The notes beneath the pieces are model-generated. The model saw only the letters and a list, made by a program, of their open reading frames with translations, made no database searches and was not told the origin of the DNA. From a virus (taxonomy: Duplodnaviria > Caudoviricetes), in the IMG/VR virus record IMGVR_UViG_3300037991_001062, positions 1 to 58,105 of that record: a DNA stretch of 58,105 nucleotides; one strand, written 5' to 3'. A program made the translations under genes and the position numbers. Numbering within the stretch: position 1 is the first letter of the stretch; the number at the start of each line of letters is the position of its first letter. This document shows, in pieces, positions 37,756 through 45,718 of this stretch.

Positions 37756-38222
37756 TAAGCAAAATCAATGTATTCTATTGTTACTTCTTCTCCTTGTTCT
37801 ATAGCCTTCGCAATAGCTGGATAAATCCTTTTATACGCATTAACGCTCTTACCAACGAACCCATCACGGAGAATAAGATTGTTTTCTTGACTGTCTCCAA
37901 CGATAAGACAACCAGCAGTATGCTCGTCAGTATTTCCAGTATGAATAAGAATATATTCAAAACCAGGTACATCAGTAACATGAAGCATACCACGGTGTAT
38001 ACCAGGATATTTCTTATCGTATCTCGCATGAAAACCTCCTTCTTTTCTTAGTTCTATTTTGTATGTTCCTGCAGGTATTCTTGTTTCACCTTTTACTTTT
38101 AAGACTCTATGCTCATCCTCTAAGGTATAACACAAGAAATGTTTTTTTATATCACTTACTTCAAATAATGCACCATGCGTACAGTCTGACTGTGAACTAA
38201 ATCTTAATACTTCTAATTTCAT
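37755..38222 (-). CDS. DUF5675-like protein (L,D-transpeptidase-like fold, putative endolysin)
   Basis: CYTLED, ETRIPAGTY and ILIHTGNTDEHTAGCLIVG (His...Cys catalytic-type motif). Lies near the holin. Confidence 0.8.
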   Translation of the reverse strand: MKLEVLRFSSQSDCTHGALFEVSDIKKHFLCYTLEDEHRVLKVKGETRIPAGTYKIELRKEGGFHARYDKKYPGIHRGMLHVTDVPGFEYILIHTGNTDEHTAGCLIVGDSQENNLILRDGFVGKSVNAYKRIYPAIAKAIEQGEEVTIEYIDFA

Positions 38223-40042
38223 TCTATAATTAGTTTTGTTGTTATAGTTAAGTTTTCCTTAGAAATCTTAATTAGATATATACCTTTGTTAAGTTTTATT
38301 CTGTTTGTTTTATCTTCTAATATTAATTTACCAATAATATTGTATACCTGTAAATCTACCTTAGATACAAAGTTTACTACACCTGTTGATGGGTTTGGGT
38401 ATGGAAGTACACCTAATCTTTCAAACATAGTAACATCTGTAGGACCACTCCAACCTTCTTCGCAATAGTTATATAACTCATAACAAGTATTATCCCATGT
38501 ATTATCACAGCAATATTGGTCAACTTGTATCACCCACTCAAAACATGAGTTAGGTATATAGTACGGTACACTTGCAGCACATCCTGATTCATAGTAGCAA
38601 CTACTATCAGGTATGTTTGCATCTACATTATAATTAACAGCAGTTATATCAGTACAACCAGCTAATGGTAATATACAAGAACCATTATCTACATTTGCTA
38701 AAGGATCATAGTTAAGTGCTAAACTATCCATACAACCATTTACAACATCTATACAACTACCATTATCTGTGTTGCATGTATCGCAATAATTAAATGCTGC
38801 AGGATCTATACATCCAAAGATAAGTGGTATACAGCTACCATCATCTACATTAGCATTAGGATTATAGTTAAATGCACCATCATCCATACATCCTTCTACA
38901 ACTTCTATACAAGATCCTTCAAGCTCTACATTTGCCTCAGGATTATAATTCAAGGCTGTAGAATCCATACAACCAAGAACGATTGGTGTTAAACACGAGC
39001 CGTCATCAAAATCTGCTTCTTCATTATACTCGATGTAGCTTGGATTCATGCATCCAGCAATATAGTAACAGCTTCCGTCGTCTGTGTTTACACTATCATT
39101 ATAATTAAGTGCTGTACTATCTATACAGCCATATGTTCTATCTATACAATTGTTTCCACAATTAGGCTCACCAAATATGTAAACAAAAGGTGGTATTGGA
39201 TTTACAAATCCTCCTTCAATATCTATAGCTACATACTCTTCAGAATATATACTATATCCACATTGAACTGCAGTAAAATCTGATTGCTGAGTTATATTAA
39301 ACTGTACTCTTACAGGTTCCGATATACTTAACTCAAATGTAAATGTAGTGTCAAACCCTTCTTCTAGGGTAAATTGACCTATAAAATTATCACCTTGATA
39401 AACGTTTAAATATGAACCAGCCCAACCATTGCCAGCTAAATCTGTTAACTCTAATGTGTGCATGCAGCTGTCTATAGACTCATCTATGTTTGCCATAGGG
39501 TCATAGTTAAATGCTAGCGAATCAGTACAACCAAATAGTTTTGGAGTAAAACACATACCTGTATCTACTGTTGCTTCTGGTAAAAACTCTAAAAAGCTAT
39601 CATTCATACAGCCATATACGGGCGGTGGTGGTGCACAGTCTTCTAATGTAAATCCATGAAAAGCAGCATAACCAAAGTCTGCAGAGTCTGGACTTACTAA
39701 AGTATCACCACAATGAACTATATAGTATGATCCATCTTGACCTCCCCACAAACTACCAGCCATACCATCACCATATTGATCAGCTATATTAAATAAGTAA
39801 TCACCATTAGGTATGCATATTTGTACTACTTGAGGCTGATAATCTACTATATCAACATACGGTCCACCAGTAGCAATAGTGTCTTCTAAAGGCGTAATAA
39901 TAGCCCAAGAAGTTTCTTCTGGATATTGGTCAGGATTAATAATTATATTTACATACGTTCCATTAGGACATTGTGCATTTGCAACACATGATACTATCAT
40001 TGCAAAAAATAAAACTATATATATGTATGCTATTTTTTTCAT
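38219..40042 (-). CDS. Secreted Cys-repeat protein with a type IX secretion (T9SS) type-A C-terminal sorting domain
   Basis: True start is likely the ATG at 40042 (MKKIAYIYIVLFFAMIVSCVANA|Q signal peptide), 1 nt after the upstream stop. Nine GCxD..A.NY...A..DDGSC-like repeats. C-terminus YPNPSTG...VYNIIGK...KGIYLIKI...TTKLIIE. Confidence 0.85.
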   Translation of the reverse strand: MKKIAYIYIVLFFAMIVSCVANAQCPNGTYVNIIINPDQYPEETSWAIITPLEDTIATGGPYVDIVDYQPQVVQICIPNGDYLFNIADQYGDGMAGSLWGGQDGSYYIVHCGDTLVSPDSADFGYAAFHGFTLEDCAPPPPVYGCMNDSFLEFLPEATVDTGMCFTPKLFGCTDSLAFNYDPMANIDESIDSCMHTLELTDLAGNGWAGSYLNVYQGDNFIGQFTLEEGFDTTFTFELSISEPVRVQFNITQQSDFTAVQCGYSIYSEEYVAIDIEGGFVNPIPPFVYIFGEPNCGNNCIDRTYGCIDSTALNYNDSVNTDDGSCYYIAGCMNPSYIEYNEEADFDDGSCLTPIVLGCMDSTALNYNPEANVELEGSCIEVVEGCMDDGAFNYNPNANVDDGSCIPLIFGCIDPAAFNYCDTCNTDNGSCIDVVNGCMDSLALNYDPLANVDNGSCILPLAGCTDITAVNYNVDANIPDSSCYYESGCAASVPYYIPNSCFEWVIQVDQYCCDNTWDNTCYELYNYCEEGWSGPTDVTMFERLGVLPYPNPSTGVVNFVSKVDLQVYNIIGKLILEDKTNRIKLNKGIYLIKISKENLTITTKLIIE

Positions 40043-40043
40043 A

Positions 40044-40607
40044 TTATTGTATTGTAAGTTGAATACTACCAAAGACTCTACTGCCGTCTGTACTATTACA
40101 TTTTATATTTATTACTTGACCTCTTGATTTAGGCAGTGATTGAACTCTATTAATGCTACCTGTTGTACTTTGCAACCTTGCATAAGGTGAGTCAATACTC
40201 CAATGAAATTTTGTTTTTTCTGTAGCGTCACTTGGTTGTACAACCGCCGCAACATCTATAGTACCACCATTATCTACAAGCACTGCACCCTTTGGTATTG
40301 TTAAATCTAAACGAGTAAGTTTTTTAAAACCATGATTATCTACTTGTTCTATAGAAAGTAATAGTTTTGCTTTTTCTTTATCTTCGTTTTCAAAATTTCT
40401 AGTAGCTAATACTTTAGTTTTTTCACTTGTGCTTAGAGCATTTTTTTGTGTACCTGTTTTTACTACAACCTCATATACATCATTTGCAGCATCAATAGGA
40501 TAAGGTATATCAATACTAGTGCTACCTCCATAGCCTAATGCAGTATTAGCTTTTGCTATAACTGCGTTGCACTCTGCTTGTGTTCCTGTAAAAATTTCTC
40601 TAGCCAT
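40044..40607 (-). CDS. Protein with C-terminal Ig-like (Big_2-like) domain
   Basis: AVVQPSDATEKTKFHWSIDS...INIKCNSTDGS.V.GSIQLTIQ resembles bacterial Ig group 2. Confidence 0.6.
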   Translation of the reverse strand: MAREIFTGTQAECNAVIAKANTALGYGGSTSIDIPYPIDAANDVYEVVVKTGTQKNALSTSEKTKVLATRNFENEDKEKAKLLLSIEQVDNHGFKKLTRLDLTIPKGAVLVDNGGTIDVAAVVQPSDATEKTKFHWSIDSPYARLQSTTGSINRVQSLPKSRGQVINIKCNSTDGSRVFGSIQLTIQ

Positions 40608-41398
40608 TATGTCATATTATGTCTTGCCTTTAAATCGGCTATTACTTTTGTTAATTCTGTTCCATCTATGTCTCTGTTCCATACGCACATTTCATCCATA
40701 TAACCATCTATAAATTGTGTAGTACTATTAAAACCTACTGTAGTACCATTTAACACAGCATCACTAGTATTAGTTAAATTTACAACACTTTTTGCTGTAG
40801 TTAAGCTACCACCATCTGCAACAGTTTCTACTTTAAATGTTGTATCGCCTGCAGTAGTACCCCCACCATATCTATAAGATATTATAGTTTTTTGATTATT
40901 TACAAGTTTACCTGTGGCGCTAGTTAAAGATACTCTAGTTGTTGTATCACCAAATCCATTTATAACAGCTTGCCAAGTTTGATTTGTATTAAAAGATGAT
41001 GTTCCCCATGAAATAGTATCTTGTATAACGCCAGATGATGGATCATTTAAATATCTACTAATTCTGTTAACTTGTGCTACAGGATGTTCAACAACTACAA
41101 TAACAGTATATGCACTAGAGTTTGGTATTGGCCCATTAGAAATATTCATAAAACTACTACTAACATCACCCCAATCTACTCTACCACTAGCCTCAACAGT
41201 AGGGCGTTTATTAGTTGCTATTGTATTAGTTAAAGTGCGATTATTACCACTGCTATCACCCCATTCTTCTAAATCGTTTCCATCAAGGGTATGTAGCGTA
41301 TTAAACTTATACCAAGCTTGTAAACCTGATATGTCTTTAATACTAAACCCTCCAGTATAAGGGGAACTGTATACTCCTAATCCTAATCCTAATCCCAT
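40607..41398 (-). CDS. LamG / concanavalin A-like domain protein with N-terminal GLGLGL motif (virion-associated lectin-like)
   Basis: MGLGLGLG start, LQAWYKF...WGDSSGNN, and C-terminal GYMDEMCVWNRDI...L.ARH. Confidence 0.7.
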   Translation of the reverse strand: MGLGLGLGVYSSPYTGGFSIKDISGLQAWYKFNTLHTLDGNDLEEWGDSSGNNRTLTNTIATNKRPTVEASGRVDWGDVSSSFMNISNGPIPNSSAYTVIVVVEHPVAQVNRISRYLNDPSSGVIQDTISWGTSSFNTNQTWQAVINGFGDTTTRVSLTSATGKLVNNQKTIISYRYGGGTTAGDTTFKVETVADGGSLTTAKSVVNLTNTSDAVLNGTTVGFNSTTQFIDGYMDEMCVWNRDIDGTELTKVIADLKARHNMT

Positions 41399-41399
41399 A

Positions 41400-41738
41400 T
41401 TAAAATTTACTCATTATTAATTCATCAATATAATTCTGTATCTCTTTTCTTGTAGCCACCATTTCAAAACTAAGATCTGCTTGAAATCTTTTAACTTCTT
41501 CTCCTTCATCAAACACTATAATAGTAGGTACAATAGCAATAGCATATTCTTTTTGTATATCTTTATCATCTATACTTAAACTTTTTTTACCAGCGTCTGA
41601 TAATTTATCAAACCACTCAACATCATTAGCTTCGTTCCAGCCTGCATTAAAGTGTATCACTGTGATCTGTGAAAAAGCAGTATACGAGACCGTACAAAAA
41701 AATAATAATAATAGATGTTTGTATAAAACTTTCCACAT
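41400..41738 (-). CDS. Secreted thioredoxin-fold protein lacking CxxC
   Basis: Signal peptide ending TAFS|Q. VIHFNAGWNEAN aligns with Trx V.F.A.WC..C. The cis-Pro motif IAIVPTIIVF..GEEVKRF is retained. Confidence 0.72.
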   Translation of the reverse strand: MWKVLYKHLLLLFFCTVSYTAFSQITVIHFNAGWNEANDVEWFDKLSDAGKKSLSIDDKDIQKEYAIAIVPTIIVFDEGEEVKRFQADLSFEMVATRKEIQNYIDELIMSKF

Positions 41739-42016
41739 TATTGATATATTTTTTGCTCTATCTTTTCAAGCGTTTCCTTTATTTCTTTAACATCTTCCTG
41801 CGTATTCATAATAGTATTACGAATCATTTGATCTTTCATATCAAACTCCATACGTGTAACTTCTGGATCTGGTGGAGCTGGTAATTCTTTTGCTTCAGCT
41901 ATCTCACCTTTCAGTGTAAACCACATACCTGTCATAGTTACTAGTACAAAACCTAAGGATATAATTGTTTCTAAGCTTAATTTAATTTTAGTGTCTTTAC
42001 CTATTTCAGTTGCCAT
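41738..42016 (-). CDS. Single-pass membrane protein with Pro-rich linker and C-terminal coiled coil
   Basis: Hydrophobic IISLGFVLVTMTGMWFTL, then LPAPPDP, then the heptad-rich QEDVKEIKETLEKIEQKIY. Confidence 0.7.
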   Translation of the reverse strand: MATEIGKDTKIKLSLETIISLGFVLVTMTGMWFTLKGEIAEAKELPAPPDPEVTRMEFDMKDQMIRNTIMNTQEDVKEIKETLEKIEQKIYQ

Positions 42017-42018
42017 TT

Positions 42019-43050
42019 TTAAAATATAACGTAGTTAATTCCTAATTTAAAGTCGTACCATTCTTTGTTCCAATACTTATTGTATTTACCTTCAATGAAA
42101 CAACCTAGGTGCTTAGTCGCTTTTAGTCCAAATATCAGTCCTCCTGAGTAATCATACCATTGTTCTCCATCATTGAAGTTGTGATATGAGTATATGCCAC
42201 CATCATCATAATGGTAAGGCATTAGGTTACCCCAGGAATGTAACCAAAAGTTTTTCTTATAGTGATAGAAATCAAAACCTATAACTAATGAGTGTTGCCA
42301 CTGATTAGCTAGTTCATTTCTTTTCTTCTCTACATAGTTTTCTAGAACCTGTGGTATAATTACTTGATTCCATACCTCAGCACTAGTTGCTACAATAGCA
42401 CCATCTGGTGCTCTGTATTCTGATTCATATACATCTATACTATAACCTTCTTCAATAGCTAGTTGTGTATAGTGTATATCACCAGTAGTCATTGTCCACT
42501 CTTCTAGCGGATCATAACCATATGGTTCTGCTAGTCTTTGTACGGCACCTATATTGAATGATAGCTTTTTACTACCATTCAATCTTAGTCTATGTGTTCC
42601 TTCAAAGTACTCTATGTCTGCAAAACCATCTTTAATATATTCTGCTTTTGTAAACCACTTAGATCTAGCATATCTTATAAAGTGATGCTGATCAAGATAC
42701 TCTACACCTTCTTGTCTTCTATATTCTATCTCAAATAGATACTCAAAAGGGTTTCTTCCTATACTGGCAGCATCACTAAATGAAGACTCTGTACCATCTT
42801 TAAATGGTGATGAGCCTTCATACTGAAACCTTTGTATCTTACGAATACCCATAGATAATGAGTAGTCATAAGGAGTAATGATAGTATCATATAGCAAGGT
42901 ACTGCCATCTACAGAGTATATCTCCTGATCAGATAGTGATGTACCACCATTAGCAGCCACATAGAATGTAGAAAACTTTATAGCCTTCTTAAACTGTGCA
43001 GAACTAATTAGTGAACACAGTAAAAATAATATTAAAAATTTTATTCTCAT
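42019..43050 (-). CDS. Predicted outer-membrane beta-barrel protein
   Basis: Signal peptide MRIKFLILFLLCSLISSA|Q, aromatic-rich alternating strands, and C-terminal YDFKLGINYVIF ending in Phe (BAM beta-signal-like). Confidence 0.7.
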   Translation of the reverse strand: MRIKFLILFLLCSLISSAQFKKAIKFSTFYVAANGGTSLSDQEIYSVDGSTLLYDTIITPYDYSLSMGIRKIQRFQYEGSSPFKDGTESSFSDAASIGRNPFEYLFEIEYRRQEGVEYLDQHHFIRYARSKWFTKAEYIKDGFADIEYFEGTHRLRLNGSKKLSFNIGAVQRLAEPYGYDPLEEWTMTTGDIHYTQLAIEEGYSIDVYESEYRAPDGAIVATSAEVWNQVIIPQVLENYVEKKRNELANQWQHSLVIGFDFYHYKKNFWLHSWGNLMPYHYDDGGIYSYHNFNDGEQWYDYSGGLIFGLKATKHLGCFIEGKYNKYWNKEWYDFKLGINYVIF

Positions 43051-43370
43051 TATGAAGCAGCTACAGTTACATCTCCGTCAGCATATGCTAAAACAGATCC
43101 ACTATCTAATTCAATACTTGTAAAGCTTCCATAAATAGTAGCTCCTTTTGGAATAGTAAAATTTCTAGTAATAGCTTGTAAAACTCCATTACCAGTATTA
43201 TTTTCTAATATATTTGTACTACACTCAGATACATCTACCACAGCATCTTCTAATGCCGTTACAGCATAGAAAGGTCCTGTATGTTCTACTTGATCTTGTA
43301 TGTATACAACTCTGTTGGGTCTACCATTTATAGCCTTTAATAATTTTTCTTGATTGTTACGAATATCCAT
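43050..43370 (-). CDS. Hypothetical beta-rich phage protein (106 aa)
   Basis: TAATG overlap with the barrel gene. IPKGATIYGSFTSIELDSGSVLAY resembles small virion spike-base-like proteins. Confidence 0.6.
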   Translation of the reverse strand: MDIRNNQEKLLKAINGRPNRVVYIQDQVEHTGPFYAVTALEDAVVDVSECSTNILENNTGNGVLQAITRNFTIPKGATIYGSFTSIELDSGSVLAYADGDVTVAAS

Positions 43371-43387
43371 ATTATTAATTTTTAATA

Positions 43388-43774
43388 TTATTGATCTGTT
43401 CCAAATACACCATACTCTAGCATAGTGCCAGTTGTGGTAGCATATACTTTGTAAGTCTTATCAGCATTGTTTGGTAAAAAAGCCCAATCTCCACCTGCTA
43501 GCTTAGCTATGATAGGATCTCCTGTAGACGTATCGTCAATTACCCAAAGAAAATCTGAAGCAGTAGTATCTAAATTTTTAAGATATAAATACATAGGTGC
43601 TGCAAAATCATCTGCGGTATAAATTAAGTTAGCAGTCCCTGCATTAGTGCCAGTTATTTTTACAGTTTTAACTCCACCTCCAGTTATAGTTATAGGCTTA
43701 GTTACAGCTAATGAAAGATTGCTAGTACCAAGATCACTTGATGATAGTGTTACTTTTGCATTTAATGTTGCCAT
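43388..43774 (-). CDS. Hypothetical virion-associated protein (128 aa)
   Basis: MATLNAKVTLSS..., YLYLKN and LAGGDWAFLP. Beta-rich and located in the structural block. Confidence 0.55.
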   Translation of the reverse strand: MATLNAKVTLSSSDLGTSNLSLAVTKPITITGGGVKTVKITGTNAGTANLIYTADDFAAPMYLYLKNLDTTASDFLWVIDDTSTGDPIIAKLAGGDWAFLPNNADKTYKVYATTTGTMLEYGVFGTDQ

Positions 43775-43786
43775 GTTTATTTAATT

Positions 43787-44197
43787 TTAATTGTTCACTA
43801 TTTTAATTATAGCACTTAACTGTTTAGCAGTAATATCGTGAGGCAAATTCTTTTCAGACATAGTAACTAGATCTAGTTCAACTGTCTCCTCTAAAATATC
43901 ATTAACTTCTTCCAATTGTGCTTTTCTTTTATCTATAAGTTCTTTATTCTCTTTTTCAAGCTTCTTAATTAATTTTTCAGACTCTTCAGACTTTTCAATC
44001 TTGTCAGCCTCTTGTAATAACTTTTCAAACTCTGGAGAAGGTTTTGAAGCCTCATCAATATGCTTTAATTCATTCCTAAGCTTTTCTATATTCTTAGAAA
44101 CTGCTACCGCAAATTTTACTCCTTTCAAATCTTGAACTGCATACAGTCCATGTAATGTTTCTAACATTTCTTTGTTAGTTGCTTTAATCTTTGTCAT
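43787..44197 (-). CDS. Charged helical protein, possible fibre assembly chaperone
   Basis: Lys/Glu-rich coiled coil directly downstream of a fibre gene. The pattern KFAVAVSKN...L.E.VE.....I resembles DUF1617-like proteins. Confidence 0.5.
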   Translation of the reverse strand: MTKIKATNKEMLETLHGLYAVQDLKGVKFAVAVSKNIEKLRNELKHIDEASKPSPEFEKLLQEADKIEKSEESEKLIKKLEKENKELIDKRKAQLEEVNDILEETVELDLVTMSEKNLPHDITAKQLSAIIKIVNN

Positions 44198-44231
44198 TGT
44201 CTATTTGGTTTTAAAATTTAATAATTAATTA

Positions 44232-45698
44232 TTATACACTATTGTTGACAATCAAAAAGTGTATTTTTCTTGCATTAGTATCTGTTGCAGAATCTCCAAC
44301 ATTTTTTAATACTATATCAAAATGTCCGTTTGATTTAGCTCCTACCTGCGCTATTATGACAGAATCATCTGTACTACTTGATATTGTTACAGATTCTACT
44401 GTAAGTAATATTAATGAATCTATCTGAGCTGCAGCATTAGTTACTCTAAATTCTGCCTCAGCTCCTGACGCTAATGACACAGCTGCTAAAGTAATAATAC
44501 CTGCCATGGCATTAGACGAAACACCTGTACTATGATTAGTTAACTGGGTAACATCTCCCCTATTAGTATACACTATACCTTTGGTAGCTGTGTGAAATAT
44601 TGCATTACCGTACTTTATAGTTATATCCAAGTTTTCATCAGCTACTAAAGCCTCAGCATTGGCTCCTGTAGAAATACTGCTATTAGTATCATTTACAGGT
44701 TGAAGTGATACAGAACCAGAAACCCCGCCACCTTCTTTTGCTCCACCTTGAATAGCTATACTACCTCCATTACCACCACCTCCAGTACTAGAACCAGCCT
44801 TAATGACTATACTACCTCCAGCTCCATTTGAACTGCTACCTCCTATAAGTTGTGTTAAACTTCCTGCTCCTGATGTAACAGCTTTTGTTGTAATATCAGT
44901 AGCACCTACTAAAGTAATTCCACCTTTTACATTGAATGCAGAATCAAAAGTATTACCACCAGCAGTAGTATCTCCTGTAAAAAGATTACCAGAGGCATCA
45001 AACTGAATACCTTTTGTAGCAGAACCGTCTCCATTGATTCTACCATTAGTACCCATATCTATATTATTATTATTTACATCTAGATTAGAAGTAAGTGCAG
45101 CATTTACAGCAGCAACTTTCCATGCTAGTCCAGTAGCTGTAGAAGAGTCTGCTGTAAGTACATAATCATTTGTACCAACTGCAAGAGCTTGAGGAACAGA
45201 ACCAGTTCCAGCTAGAAGCATACCTTTAGTAGCAAAGGCTATAGATCCTAGTGATGCTGTATCTCTTCCATATAATAAACTATTTCCTGTAACTGACGCA
45301 ACTCCTGTACCCCCGTTTGCTACAGGTAATATAGTTGCTCCCACATTTGATGTTAAATTTACTGTGCTTAAAAATCCAGAAGTACTATTATTACAGTTAC
45401 TAAGATCTAAGCTAGCTTCTACTAAACTTAATAATACATGACCATCTGTATGTAGTGTCGAAGTTAGTGCTCCACTTGATGTACTTGTAGCTGCAATTTT
45501 TCTTAAATTTAATTGAGTTGTATTAGTTAAGCCGTTGTGAGATTTTACACCTGCACTACCTGTATCACTAATAGTAGGAAATATAGAATTTAATTGAAAT
45601 CTAAAGTCTGATGAAGTAGCAATATTTTGTACATACACATAATGACTATTTGTAGTAGTACTCTTTGATAAATTTGCTAGATTTTTTATTTGTGCCAT
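44232..45698 (-). CDS. Tail/head fibre-like protein (Gly/Ser/Thr-rich)
   Basis: LPVANGGTG, KGMLLAG...LAVGTNDYVLTADS..ATGLAW and GG.I.I..G repeats, all typical of trimeric fibres. Confidence 0.75.
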   Translation of the reverse strand: MAQIKNLANLSKSTTTNSHYVYVQNIATSSDFRFQLNSIFPTISDTGSAGVKSHNGLTNTTQLNLRKIAATSTSSGALTSTLHTDGHVLLSLVEASLDLSNCNNSTSGFLSTVNLTSNVGATILPVANGGTGVASVTGNSLLYGRDTASLGSIAFATKGMLLAGTGSVPQALAVGTNDYVLTADSSTATGLAWKVAAVNAALTSNLDVNNNNIDMGTNGRINGDGSATKGIQFDASGNLFTGDTTAGGNTFDSAFNVKGGITLVGATDITTKAVTSGAGSLTQLIGGSSSNGAGGSIVIKAGSSTGGGGNGGSIAIQGGAKEGGGVSGSVSLQPVNDTNSSISTGANAEALVADENLDITIKYGNAIFHTATKGIVYTNRGDVTQLTNHSTGVSSNAMAGIITLAAVSLASGAEAEFRVTNAAAQIDSLILLTVESVTISSSTDDSVIIAQVGAKSNGHFDIVLKNVGDSATDTNARKIHFLIVNNSV

Positions 45699-45718
45699 TT
45701 TATTTTATTTTTTAATTT

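Noticed and set aside
38600-39620. Periodic DNA repeats suggesting a CRISPR array or DGR template/variable pair
   Set aside because: They are degenerate in-frame protein repeats. There are no identical direct repeats with spacers, no adenine-specific variation pattern, and no reverse transcriptase or cas gene in the window.
40043-40072. N-terminal extension MVVFNLQYNN of the T9SS cargo in the ORF track
   Set aside because: It begins at a TTG inside the upstream gene. The ATG at 40042 follows the upstream stop by 1 nt and gives a canonical signal peptide.
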